A stretch of 64,000 nt of DNA from Microcoleus sp. (GTDB lineage Bacteria; Cyanobacteriota; Cyanobacteriia; Cyanobacteriales; Microcoleaceae): NCBI GenBank assembly GCA_042408215.1, contig JAYFMW010000005.1, forward strand, positions 256,001 through 320,000, read 5' to 3'. Shown one piece after another: positions 21,161 to 31,157 of the stretch. Numbering within the stretch: position 1 is the first letter of the stretch; each line of letters starts with the position of its first letter. A program made the translations under genes and the position numbers. The notes under the pieces were generated by a model. The model was not told the DNA's origin and did no database searches. It was given only the letters and a program-made list of their open reading frames with translations.

Positions 21161-21331
21161 ATGGATGCACAGACAATCAGAGAGCGCGTAGCAGAGATCG
21201 AGAGCAAGCGCGAATCCCTAGTGCGACTGTTAGACAGAACGGATTTGGGCACTCTCAGAATAGACGTAAATCAGGCGATCGAAGAAATTGACGACCTTTT
21301 AGAAGAATTCAAGCGCACTTTTTCTAATTAA
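21161..21331 (+). CDS. small helical protein (56 aa), below the ORF-track cutoff
   Basis: AAGGAG RBS, then MDAQTIRERVAEIESKRESLVRLLDRTDLGTLRIDVNQAIEEIDDLLEEFKRTFSN. Confidence 0.8.
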   Translation: MDAQTIRERVAEIESKRESLVRLLDRTDLGTLRIDVNQAIEEIDDLLEEFKRTFSN

Positions 21332-21443
21332 TGGGAATTGGGAATTGGGCATGGGGCATGGGGAATTGGTAATTGGGAATTGGTCATTGGTCATTGGTCA
21401 TTTGACTAATGACTAATGACTAATGACTAATGACTAATGACTA
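21332..21443. repeat. heptamer arrays between convergent genes
   Basis: GGGAATT / GGTCATT / TAATGAC units. Confidence 0.9.
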
Positions 21444-23621
21444 ATTCATAGCCATATCCATTAAAATTTGCTGAGAACTCACTTCCGGGAAATTAACAGG
21501 CGGCCGCCGTTGAGAATAGTGACCCCCAGACTGCAAGTCCCAAGCTTGGCGGTTATCCGCCAGCATCACACCCAAAATTTCTTGCAGTTCCTTAGCAATT
21601 GTTGGGTCTTCCACCCGCACAATCGCCTCAACTCGCCTGGTGAGGTTGCGCTGCATCCAGTCGGCAGAACCAATATAAACCTCCTCATCCCCACTGTTGA
21701 AAAAATAAAACATCCGAGAGTGCTCCAAAAAGCGGCCGATAATACTGATCACTTTGATATTTTCGCTAACGCCCTCAACGCCGGGACGCAAACAGCAAAT
21801 CCCCCGGATAATCAAATCAATTTTCACCCCCGCTTGGGAAGCTTCGTATAAAGCAACGATGATTTGAGGGTCAACTAAAGCATTCATTTTAGCGACAATG
21901 CGGCCACAGCTACCGCTGCCACTGTCAGTCTGCAAGCGGCAGAATTCAGCTTCGCGACGGATCAGGGCCAAAAATCGATCGCGCATATTGACCGGCGCCA
22001 CCAATAAGTTTCGATAAGACACCTGTCGCGAATAACCAGTCAAATAATTAAACAAATCCGTCAAATCTGAACCCAAATCTTCCCGGCAACTTAATAAACC
22101 TAAATCCGTATAAAGTCCGGCTGTTTTCGGATTGTAATTGCCAGTACCAATGTGGACGTAGCGACGGATGCACCCATCCTCCCGGCGCACAACCATGACT
22201 ACTTTAGTGTGTGTCTTCAGCCCCACCAAACCGTAAACTACATGAACGCCGGCTTGTTCCAACTTCCGAGCCCAGCCAATATTATTTTCCTCGTCGAACC
22301 TCGCCTTGAGTTCTACTAAAACGGCTACCTGTTTGCCATTTTGCGCCGCTTCAATTAAAGCGTTGACGATCGGCGAATCACCAGAAGTGCGGTATAAAGT
22401 CATCTTAATCGCTAACACGGAGCGATCGTGCGCCGCCTCAGTAATAAACCGCTGCACCGTCGCCCTAAACGAGTGATAAGGGTGATGTAGCATCAAATCC
22501 CCCCGGCGGATGACCGTAAAAATATCCTCACCATCGTCAGAATGGGACATCGATTCATCTAAATCCTTTCGGTCTGAGTTCCGCAAGCGCGGCGGCACTA
22601 CGGGCGTCCACAGGGGGTCTTTCAATTCCGGCACCGACAGTCCGACAAAAGACATTAAATCCTTGAGACCGAGTAACCCTTCCACCACATAAACATCTTG
22701 GTCGCAAAGCGCCAACTCCTCCACCAGCATTTCTCGCAGGCCACGGGGCATAATAGCTTGGACTTCCATCCGCACCGCAGAACCACCAAAGCGACGTTTG
22801 CGGAGTTCCTGTTCTATAGCCAGCAGCAAATCGTCTGCCTCATCCTCCTCCACCGTCAAATCTGCATTGCGAGTAATACGGAACGGATGATATTCCTGAA
22901 TGTCCATCCCGGGAAACAGCGCCTCCAAATTGTGAGCAATCACCTGTTCTAGAGGAACCCCAGTCCAAACAGCAGACTTACCTTTCTGTGGCCACTGCAA
23001 ATCCCCCGGTAGCGACAAAAACCTCGGCAGCACTTCCGGTACTTTGACGCGAGCAAACAATTCTTCCTGGCTGTCCGGGTCTCTGACTACTACTGCTAAA
23101 TTGAGACTGAGATTGGAAAGGTAGGGGAAAGGGTGGCTGGGGTCAACGGCTAGGGGAGTGAGTACCGGAAATACTTGTTCTTGAAAATAGCGGTGCAAGT
23201 AATTGCGCTGTTCTTGATTCAGGTCAATGTAGTCGAGAATGTAGATGCCACTTGTCGCTAATTTCGGTCGCAGGGTTTGCTCAAAATAGGAGTGCTGCTG
23301 AGAAACCATCGGCAACAGGCGCTTGCTAATGGCATCTAGCTGTTGTTGAGGTGTACTGCCGTCTGATGTCAATTTGCTGACTTGTGCTTCTACCTGCTGT
23401 TTGAGGGCCGCCACCCGCACCATGAAATATTCGTCTAGGTTGGAGCTGAAAATAGCCAGAAACTTCAGCCTTTCTAGCAGCGGAGTCCGGGGGTCGAGAG
23501 CTTCGTGTAGCACGCGGTTGTTGAATTCCAGCCAACTCAGTTCTCGGTTGAAGTAGTATTGGGGGTCGCTGAGGTTGATTTCAGTGTAATTTTTAGTGGT
23601 AGTCTTTTTTGGCTTGGACAT
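21441..23621 (-). CDS. ppk1: polyphosphate kinase 1
   Basis: YFNRELSWLEFN, IKMTLYR, ELKARFDEENN, LKTHTK, GRFLEHSR. Confidence 0.97.
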   Translation of the reverse strand: MSKPKKTTTKNYTEINLSDPQYYFNRELSWLEFNNRVLHEALDPRTPLLERLKFLAIFSSNLDEYFMVRVAALKQQVEAQVSKLTSDGSTPQQQLDAISKRLLPMVSQQHSYFEQTLRPKLATSGIYILDYIDLNQEQRNYLHRYFQEQVFPVLTPLAVDPSHPFPYLSNLSLNLAVVVRDPDSQEELFARVKVPEVLPRFLSLPGDLQWPQKGKSAVWTGVPLEQVIAHNLEALFPGMDIQEYHPFRITRNADLTVEEDEADDLLLAIEQELRKRRFGGSAVRMEVQAIMPRGLREMLVEELALCDQDVYVVEGLLGLKDLMSFVGLSVPELKDPLWTPVVPPRLRNSDRKDLDESMSHSDDGEDIFTVIRRGDLMLHHPYHSFRATVQRFITEAAHDRSVLAIKMTLYRTSGDSPIVNALIEAAQNGKQVAVLVELKARFDEENNIGWARKLEQAGVHVVYGLVGLKTHTKVVMVVRREDGCIRRYVHIGTGNYNPKTAGLYTDLGLLSCREDLGSDLTDLFNYLTGYSRQVSYRNLLVAPVNMRDRFLALIRREAEFCRLQTDSGSGSCGRIVAKMNALVDPQIIVALYEASQAGVKIDLIIRGICCLRPGVEGVSENIKVISIIGRFLEHSRMFYFFNSGDEEVYIGSADWMQRNLTRRVEAIVRVEDPTIAKELQEILGVMLADNRQAWDLQSGGHYSQRRPPVNFPEVSSQQILMDMAMN

Positions 23622-23839
23622 GGTTTGATATCGATTCCGGTTTCACCGGAATGATTGTTGACAGTTGACAGTTGACCGTGAATCTAATATCTTATCAAAG
23701 AATGAAAATTTCGATTGTATTTGGTGGTCACTTAACTCGATTTTACCAGGACGATGAAGCGCGGAATAGACTTTATTTTATGAAGATGTTTATTTAAGAT
23801 TCAACTCATACTTTGAGATTTGTCTATTGTCAGATTTTA

Positions 23840-24800
23840 GTGACCTACTCCCACACTGAGTGAGTACACAGAGCCTGTGGGCTTCTTTGTAGTCCTCCAC
23901 CAGAGTGTGCAAAATTTCCTTCTGGTAGGCTCATCCATAGTTCCTACTACATAAAGATTCCCAATGGGCGCATTTTATACTGGGGAAAATGTCCAACCCC
24001 AGTCTTTTTAAGTCGATCGCTGGGTTAAGCTCGCGGTCAACCATCAAAGAGTTGTGTTCATCCCAATCATCTCGAATACTATAGCCTTTCTCAGTAACAG
24101 TGCGGTACTCTCGGATCTAGGGCATAATCTATTACGAATTAATCAATTACGAATTCCGAATTTAGGAATTCAAAAAATCAACTCGTAACTCGTAATTCGG
24201 AATTCGTAATTATTTACCCTAGGGCATAATCTATTACGAATTAATCAATTACGAATTCCGAATTTAGGAATTCAAAAAGTCAACACCAAGATTGAGAACT
24301 GCTATAGAATCGGTGAAAATTATTTTATTTCGATAACTGAGGATCGTTGAGGTGTCAGCAGGTTTTTGTGAAATGACGACTGCGACCGCTTGTTCGGCTA
24401 TGTATTCCAGCGTCTTGAAAAATTGACCAAATGCAGCATCCAACGAAGACTTATTTAGTCCTGATTTGGCTGATGCGACCATTTTAAAGGTAATTACCAT
24501 CATGTTTGAGTTTATTACGATTGGTCAAACCTTGGAGATGAAGGTCTTCGTCAAGAAAGAATTTAGCTCCTGCTTTGAGCAATTTATAAGCGGTTTTATC
24601 GTGAAAATTTTGACGAATAAGAGCAATCCGTTGATGTTGTTTTGCCTCTTGATTCGCCAATTTCCGTCTGGATTTAGAGCCTCGCTTGCGTTTGTTTCCC
24701 TTCGTTGCAATACCGTCAAGCTTAGCTTTATTTTTGCGTAACGGCTTGAGTTAAGGTAGTTTTTCGCCTTCAGACGTGGCCAGATATACATCTTCATGAA
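23840..24800 (-). pseudogene. tnpB: degraded IS200/IS605-family tnpB element
   Basis: Fragments AKSGLNKSSLDAAFGQFFKTLEYIA and DRELNPAI; right-end hairpin GAAGCCCACA...TGTGGGAGTAGGTCAC; interrupted by duplicated AATTACG-type repeats at 24116-24280; left boundary approximate. Confidence 0.75.
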
Positions 24801-24980
24801 GCACTGCATCTTTTCAGCCGTTTGAGGGCCTGCTTCACCACCTTGACAAGGCTGGGACACCATACCTCATTTACCACTATTTGAGCCTTAACTGAACCGT
24901 ATTGTGATATAAGTGGATTTACTTACTCATAACTCGATCGCCTATCTACTTTCAGTATTGTTTGTGAATAATTTAGAACT

Positions 24981-26525
24981 ATGGCTTTAGTCATTGCTGG
25001 TGAACGGAGTGGGGCGGGAAAGACTACTGTAACGATCGCCCTTTTAGCTTATTTAATCCGTCGTGGCTTGAATGTCCAATCTTTTAAGGTAGGCCCGGAT
25101 TACATCGATCCGATGTTTCATGCTTTTGTCACGGGCCGCCCCTGTCGGAATTTAGACGCGATATTAACGTCTGAATCTTACGTGCAGAAGTGTTTTTATC
25201 GTCATATTCAAGATGTGAATTATGCCCTTGTTGAAGGGGTGATGGGACTATTTGATGGCGTGAGTCGAAGGAAGAGGGGTTCGGCAGCGGATTTTGTAAC
25301 GGATGTAACGGATGTCAAGGATACAAGGAAGGCAGAAGGAAAAGAAGAATTCAATTATGATTTTTCTTTTGCTTCTACGGCTCATGTTGCGTCTTTGCTA
25401 AATTTGCCGATATTGTTAGTAATAGATTGCAGTCGGCTGTCTGGTTCTGTGGCTGCGATCGCACATGGTTTTCGCTCTTTTGACAAAAACCTTAATTTCG
25501 CTGGTTTGGTGTTGAATCGGGTGGCGAGCGATCGACATTTGGAATTGCTTCAAGATGCCCTAAAACCGCTCAATTTACCTGTTTTGGGGGTGCTGCGACG
25601 GGATGAGGCTGTGACTATTCCCGATCGCCATTTAGGCCTGATTCCTGCTGAGGAGTTGCCGCATCTTGATGCTGCGATCGATAAGTTGGCTGATTTGGCT
25701 GCTGTTGCTTTTGACTGGGAGCAACTTTTGCCAATGCTGACGACAACTTCTCATGGGGGGGGTGAGGGGTCTGAGCAACTTTTGGGTAGCCACAGTCTCC
25801 CTACGGTTATCTTAACACAAAAAAACGAGGCTGTCAACAGTTTGGTCGGAAAATTTTCGGGGCGAATTGCAGTGGCGCGCGATCGGGCTTTTAATTTTTA
25901 CTATCAGGATAATCTGGATTTATTGGAAGAGTTGGGTGCGGAGTTGGTATTTTGGAGTCCTCTTGATGATGCTGTGTTTCCCGACAATGTGCAAGGGTTA
26001 TATTTTGGTGGCGGTTTTCCCGAAGTTTTTGCTAAGGAATTGAGCGGTAATGTTTTAATTCGGGATGCTGTTAAAACTGCTATTTTGGCGGGAATGCCGA
26101 CTTATGCTGAGTGCGGGGGTTTGATGTATTTGTGTGATTCCATTGTAGACTTTGATGGCAATTCTTGGGAAATGGTGGGAGTGTTGCAGGCTACTGCTGA
26201 GATGGGAAAGCGTTTGACGCTGGGATATCGAGAAGCTGTTGCGGTGAGAGATAGTTCGGTGTTAGCTGCTCTTGATGAGGTTTGTGGCCATGAGTTTCAT
26301 CGATCGCACTTAACTGTGGAACCGATTAATCCAGTTTACCATAGTTGGAGGTACGGTAAGCGGGGGGAAGTTGAGGGAGTTGCTGGCGGTTGGGGGGTTT
26401 GTCAAGTTTATGCTTCTTATTTGCATTTGCATTGGGGTGCTCGCCCTGATATTCCGGCTCGGTTTTTGCAGTGGTGTGCTGAGTTTGATTGTAAGGGTGT
26501 TTTGGGCGATCGATTTACTAATTAG
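24981..26525 (+). CDS. cobB: cobyrinate a,c-diamide synthase
   Basis: SGAGKTT, FKVGPDYIDP, VEGVMGLFDG, AFNFYY, YAECGG, YASYLHLH. Confidence 0.95.
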   Translation: MALVIAGERSGAGKTTVTIALLAYLIRRGLNVQSFKVGPDYIDPMFHAFVTGRPCRNLDAILTSESYVQKCFYRHIQDVNYALVEGVMGLFDGVSRRKRGSAADFVTDVTDVKDTRKAEGKEEFNYDFSFASTAHVASLLNLPILLVIDCSRLSGSVAAIAHGFRSFDKNLNFAGLVLNRVASDRHLELLQDALKPLNLPVLGVLRRDEAVTIPDRHLGLIPAEELPHLDAAIDKLADLAAVAFDWEQLLPMLTTTSHGGGEGSEQLLGSHSLPTVILTQKNEAVNSLVGKFSGRIAVARDRAFNFYYQDNLDLLEELGAELVFWSPLDDAVFPDNVQGLYFGGGFPEVFAKELSGNVLIRDAVKTAILAGMPTYAECGGLMYLCDSIVDFDGNSWEMVGVLQATAEMGKRLTLGYREAVAVRDSSVLAALDEVCGHEFHRSHLTVEPINPVYHSWRYGKRGEVEGVAGGWGVCQVYASYLHLHWGARPDIPARFLQWCAEFDCKGVLGDRFTN

Positions 26526-26634
26526 ATTTTTTTTTTAACCGCAGAGGGCGCAGAGGGCGCAGAGGGGAGAGGGGAGAAAAGAGTGTCTGTGTTAGAATGT
26601 TTTTGATGCAATGAGTGAGGGGATTTTGGGATTT

Positions 26635-27135
26635 ATGAGTATATCTGTTTCTGTTAGGCAATTGTCGGCACAGTGGATAACACCGGAGATTTTTCGGGGT
26701 TACGGTCAAGTTATTTTTGCGAGTGTTGATGGCAAGTCTTTTGATGCTGAGGATGCTCAGTTAAATTTGCAAAATGGTATTCCTAGATTCTACATCATGC
26801 GGCTGCAAAATACAGGTCGCAAGTTTCGCAAAATTACGCGACACGTTCAATGTACTCAGTGTTTGGGTTCTCTGGAAGGGCAGGATTGGTTGATTGCTGT
26901 TGCTCCTCCTTCTGATGGCTACAAACCGAGTTTGGAGGATATTGTTGCTTTTCGGATTCCGGGTAATTGTTTTATTAAGTTGGAAGCGGGTACTTGGCAC
27001 GCTGGACCTTATTTTGATGCGGATTTTGTTGATTTTTACAATCTAGAATTGAGTGATACTAATGTTGTTGACCACTTCAGCTATGATTTTGTGAAACATC
27101 ACAAGCTGGAATTTGAAATAGTCAGCAGTCATTAG
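26635..27135 (+). CDS. ureidoglycolate lyase-like cupin protein
   Basis: ITPEIFRGYGQVI, ITRHVQCTQCLG, GTWHAGP. Confidence 0.8.
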   Translation: MSISVSVRQLSAQWITPEIFRGYGQVIFASVDGKSFDAEDAQLNLQNGIPRFYIMRLQNTGRKFRKITRHVQCTQCLGSLEGQDWLIAVAPPSDGYKPSLEDIVAFRIPGNCFIKLEAGTWHAGPYFDADFVDFYNLELSDTNVVDHFSYDFVKHHKLEFEIVSSH

Positions 27136-27163
27136 CTATTGGCATAATCTGTACAGGTTTCAC

Positions 27164-27460
27164 CGTGCAAGATGCCTGGTACTGTTTGGGTACGGAAAAT
27201 ATGTTGGATGTCGCTCACATGGCTGTTTGTTTTTGTCAGATGATGGGAATGGCTGAGATTTTCCCTGTTTTTAATATGGTGATTGTCAAGGATGCGAAAA
27301 CTCTCTAGTTGGGAGATGATAATTATGGGATAGATGCGGGAAAACCTGCAAATTTGATTGTGTTGAATACCGATGATTGTGATGATACAATTAGGATGTA
27401 CACTCTGGTTCAGGATTTGATTTCGCGGGGAAAGTTGCTGGCGGAAACTGAACCTTCTCA
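27164..27460 (+). pseudogene. codA: cytosine deaminase C-terminal remnant
   Basis: VQDAWYCLGTENMLDVAHMAV..QMMG..KTL*LGDDNYGIDAGKPANLIVL..ISRGKLLAET, with an internal stop and no N-terminus. Confidence 0.75.
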
Positions 27461-27508
27461 AATTATTTTTTATTCTATTTGACAAACACTATTTGAAGCT
27501 GTTAAACT

Positions 27509-27817
27509 ATGAATCAAGGTGCTATTCCTGATGAGAGTCCGAGAAATTTGCCGGAGCAATTGCTCCTACAAGATGCTAAGGCTGGTAATTGCATAGTAAT
27601 TCATTGCGGTACAGATAGACTGTTGGGGGATGCACCGAGACTTGTTGCTCTTTATGGCGGGAATTCTCAATATTGGGATAAAATGACCAGTATTGAGGCT
27701 TTTGAAGTTAATGGATATTCTGTACAAGTCCATTGGTTTCGGAACAGTCAGACTCTTCAAGAGGTGGAGTTCAAGTTCAAACGACAATATCCTAAAACAG
27801 CCCCTAAAAATCTATAG
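27509..27817 (+). CDS. hypothetical protein resembling a polymorphic-toxin C-terminal domain
   Basis: PRNLPEQLLL...WDKM...QVHWFRN...EFKFK pattern; 11 bp from the next gene. Confidence 0.6.
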   Translation: MNQGAIPDESPRNLPEQLLLQDAKAGNCIVIHCGTDRLLGDAPRLVALYGGNSQYWDKMTSIEAFEVNGYSVQVHWFRNSQTLQEVEFKFKRQYPKTAPKNL

Positions 27818-27828
27818 GTAATCAAGTT

Positions 27829-28281
27829 ATGAAAATTCGTTGTATTGCAAAGACTGGTGCATCTCTTCCTGAAAATTATATAGATCCCCCACGGGGTTAC
27901 ACTAGAACAGTTGAGTTATCACTAACTATAGGCAAGGAATATGTTGTTTACGCTATCCGAGAATGGAAAGGAACTATTTGGTACTATATCTGCGACGATA
28001 ATTACAGCTATTATCCCATCCATAATCCGGCACCGATGTTTGAAGTGGTTGACAGCCGAGTTTCTAAGTATTGGCGGTTTGAACTTTCGCCCAATGGATT
28101 GTTAATGATAGCTTTTGAGCAGTGGTTTACTGACCCTTATTTTTATGATAAGCTGACGGATCAGGAAGAGGCGGAGGTGGAAATTTTTGATAAGGTTAAG
28201 GAATTGATGGATGATGAGGATTTTGCTTTGCCTCCGCTGGATTTTGCAGTTGAAAAGTTGCGGGAAACTGTCAGTGTTTGA
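27829..28281 (+). CDS. putative immunity protein
   Basis: MKIRCI...LTIGKEYVVYAI...WYYICDD...P..PAPMFEVVDSRVSKYW; acidic and aromatic-rich. Confidence 0.65.
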   Translation: MKIRCIAKTGASLPENYIDPPRGYTRTVELSLTIGKEYVVYAIREWKGTIWYYICDDNYSYYPIHNPAPMFEVVDSRVSKYWRFELSPNGLLMIAFEQWFTDPYFYDKLTDQEEAEVEIFDKVKELMDDEDFALPPLDFAVEKLRETVSV

Positions 28282-28449
28282 GTGGGAAACAAACATCGAA
28301 CCGGGCTGAATTTATGAAATATACTAATTAATCTGGCCTAAAAAATGTCAAAATAGTTGTATTCGTAGGGTGGCAATGCCCACCGGAACATTTGTAACTC
28401 ATGCTTTTACACCCCTGATATTTAACGGTACACGACCGCATCAAATTTT

Positions 28450-28938
28450 ATGAATGATAAATTTAAACCACTAGACCGCGATGATGATGTTTTGTTGTTC
28501 GATAACAATAATACATTTACAGTAGCGAAACTTAAGGATTTAGTGAGTCAAGAATTTAAAGAAAGGTTTTTAACAAGCTATCACAGCCAACCAATGTATC
28601 GCGGTGGTTCTACGGAACGTGTGGATATCAAATCAGATTTAAGCACGATTTCGTTCGAGTCAAAAGGTTTTATGTGCAGTGAAATTCAATGGAAATGTAG
28701 AAACTCAGTAAATTGTAAACTTCTAAAAGTAGGTTTTGGAGGATGGCAGGAAGGAAAATTGAGAGTGCAGGCAAGAGTCGTAAATTCATATTACGAAAAT
28801 AATGATTATAAAAAGTATAAGGAAGCTGTTATTGATATATGTATAGAATTCTGTCCCGATCGCCCAACTGAACCTATATCGCCTTTAGATGATATCAGAC
28901 AATCCGAGGCATACAAAAAACTGCTCGAAAATGACTGA
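28450..28938 (+). CDS. KGK domain protein
   Basis: CKLLKVGFGGWQEGKLR...IEFCPD...SPLDDIRQ. Confidence 0.85.
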   Translation: MNDKFKPLDRDDDVLLFDNNNTFTVAKLKDLVSQEFKERFLTSYHSQPMYRGGSTERVDIKSDLSTISFESKGFMCSEIQWKCRNSVNCKLLKVGFGGWQEGKLRVQARVVNSYYENNDYKKYKEAVIDICIEFCPDRPTEPISPLDDIRQSEAYKKLLEND

Positions 28939-29058
28939 CAGCCACCCGATCGCCCTTACAATACAATAATCGATCGCACTTATATCTGAACCTTAGATTT
29001 TCAACCGCAGATGAGGGCAGATGTACGCGGCTGAACGCTGATGTTTTTAGGATGGACT

Positions 29059-29235
29059 ATGATAAATATAGAAGAATATGTCGATCGCACCGCCGAACTG
29101 ATAAACTTACCCTTAGACCCAGAACATCGGCCCGGTGTTGTGGTAAACTTCGAGAGGATAGTGCGAATCGCCCAACTTGTTACCGAATTCCCTTTACCTC
29201 CAGAAATAGAAGCCGCGCCAGTGTTTGAACCTTAG
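29059..29235 (+). CDS. DUF4089 / AtzG-like small protein
   Basis: YVDRTAELINLPL...VVVNFERI...EAAPVFEP, directly upstream of an AtzE amidase. Confidence 0.85.
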   Translation: MINIEEYVDRTAELINLPLDPEHRPGVVVNFERIVRIAQLVTEFPLPPEIEAAPVFEP

Positions 29236-29259
29236 ATTTTAAACCGCAGATGAGGGCAG

Positions 29260-30732
29260 ATGAACACAGATGAACGCAGATGTTTTTTAGATAAGGCTGA
29301 TGCGGTTGCTACGGCAGCGGCGGTTAAATGTGGTAAGGTGACTGCTACAGCGTCGGTAAGTGCTGCTTTGGAACGGATTGCTGTTGCCGATCGAGCTTTT
29401 AACTGTTTTACTGTTGTTACTGCTGAAAGTGCACTTGCGGATGCAGCTCGAATCGATCGGGCGATCGCAAATAATGAAAACCCAGGCCCTTTAGCGGGTG
29501 TTCCCTTCGCCGTTAAAAACCTCTTCGACATCGGCGGAATTGTCACTCTAGCAGGCTCTAAAATCAACGCCGAACACCCTCCGGCTACGCGGGATGCGGG
29601 GGCGGTTGCCAGACTCAAACAAGCGGGTGCTGTGCTCCTAGGCACTCTCAACATGGATGAGTACGCCTACGGTTTTGTCACCGAAAATAGTCACTACGGG
29701 CCCACGCGCAATCCCCGCGATACTACCCGCATCGCCGGCGGTTCGAGTGGCGGTTCGGCTGCGGCGGTTGCTGCGGGTTTAGTACCTATAACTTTGGGCT
29801 CGGATACTAATGGTTCCATCCGCGTACCGGCTGCTTTGTGTGGGGTTTTTGGCTTTAAGCCTACTTATGGTCGTTTGTCAAGGGCTGGAACTTGTTTGTT
29901 TTCGGGCAGTTTGGATTGTGTGGGGCCGTTTGGGCGATCGATCCGAGATATTGCGACTCTGTATGATATCTTGCAAGGGCCCGATGCTGATGACCCGGTT
30001 TGCACCAAACGCCCGCCAGAACTTTGTTCGCCGCAGTTAGATCGAGGAATTGCGGGATTGCGAATTGCTGTTGCTGATGGGTATTTCGCTACGGGGGCCC
30101 AACCGGAAGCTATGGAGGCTGTAGAAATAGTTGCAAAAGCCTTGACAAATGTCCTCAAATGTGGTATGCAGACAGTAAAAACAACAACAAACCCCCCTAA
30201 AATTGGGGGGCTTGCAACTGTCAGCATCCCGGAATCCGATCGCGCGCGGGCTGCTGCATTTATCATTACCGCCTGTGAGGGGGCAAATTTGCATCTCGAC
30301 AATTTGCGATCGCGCCCTCAAGATTTCGATCCGGCGACGCGCGATCGTTTTTTAGCCGGAGCCCTGATCCCGGCGGCTTGGTACTTGCAAGCCCAGAGAT
30401 TCAGGCGGTGGTATCGCGATCGCCTACGCGAAATCTTCCAACAAACAGACATCATTCTCGCGCCCGCAACCCCGATGGCGGCCCCTCTAATTGGTGTCGA
30501 GAAAATGGTAATAGCCGGACAAGAAATCTTAGTGCGTCCCAATCTGGGACTGTTCACCCAACCCCTATCATTTATAGGCTTGCCCGTTCTTTGCGTACCC
30601 GTAAAGCGTCCAGGGGCTTTGCCCTTGGGGGTGCAAATTATTGGTGCTCCCTACAGCGAAGCGGTGATTCTCCGAGTCGCTGCGGTATTAGAATCCCAAG
30701 GAATTATATCTGCCGAATCAATTAGCCACTAA
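29260..30732 (+). CDS. AtzE family amidohydrolase
   Basis: GVPFAVKNLFD, LNMDEYAYGFVTENSHYG, GGSSGGS, GSDTNGSIRVP, FTQPLSFIGLP. Confidence 0.92.
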   Translation: MNTDERRCFLDKADAVATAAAVKCGKVTATASVSAALERIAVADRAFNCFTVVTAESALADAARIDRAIANNENPGPLAGVPFAVKNLFDIGGIVTLAGSKINAEHPPATRDAGAVARLKQAGAVLLGTLNMDEYAYGFVTENSHYGPTRNPRDTTRIAGGSSGGSAAAVAAGLVPITLGSDTNGSIRVPAALCGVFGFKPTYGRLSRAGTCLFSGSLDCVGPFGRSIRDIATLYDILQGPDADDPVCTKRPPELCSPQLDRGIAGLRIAVADGYFATGAQPEAMEAVEIVAKALTNVLKCGMQTVKTTTNPPKIGGLATVSIPESDRARAAAFIITACEGANLHLDNLRSRPQDFDPATRDRFLAGALIPAAWYLQAQRFRRWYRDRLREIFQQTDIILAPATPMAAPLIGVEKMVIAGQEILVRPNLGLFTQPLSFIGLPVLCVPVKRPGALPLGVQIIGAPYSEAVILRVAAVLESQGIISAESISH

Positions 30733-30734
30733 TT

Positions 30735-30929
30735 CTAGGGTTTGTTGTTGCGGTGGAAGCGTCTCTTAGTTCTTCTGGCGATCGCTTTGCGCTTTTGCTT
30801 TTCCAACGGGGTTTCAAAGTGGCGGTGCTTTCTCATGTCGGGGAAAATTCCCGCTTTGGAAACTTGCCGCTTGAAGCGTCGCAGGGCTGACTCAATCCCT
30901 TCGTTTTCGCCGATTACAACTTGGGTCAT
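30735..30929 (-). CDS. rpsU: 30S ribosomal protein S21
   Basis: [28 protein letters not shown]...HFETP. Confidence 0.95.
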   Translation of the reverse strand: MTQVVIGENEGIESALRRFKRQVSKAGIFPDMRKHRHFETPLEKQKRKAIARRTKRRFHRNNKP

Positions 30930-31157
30930 TCTTTCTCCTTAGTGTTTGTTAGATCAAGTTTTATGATATCAAGGTTTCTGGCAGCGCGATCGCCCAAAAC
31001 CCTAAAATTATACCAAATCCGCTGCGATCGCAACTGTTCCTCTTCAGTCCGCGCACCATCGGGACTTGGGTTTTGGAGCATCGGAATTGATGCGGCTGGT
31101 TAATTCTGGACTTTGGTTGTGGAGCATCGGAATTTATTCGGTGGCTTAATTTTAGGC

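Noticed and set aside
24264..24863. Short ORFs as independent genes
   Set aside because: Fragments or shadows of the degraded tnpB element
27132..27485. 117-aa minus-strand ORF
   Set aside because: Antisense shadow of the codA remnant
27479..27508. TTGACA...TAAACT promoter for the toxin-like ORF
   Set aside because: The -10 box abuts the ATG, so transcription would start inside the ORF; not supportable without TSS data
28393..28411. NtcA site upstream of the KGK/atz genes
   Set aside because: GTA...TAC spacing is 11 rather than 8
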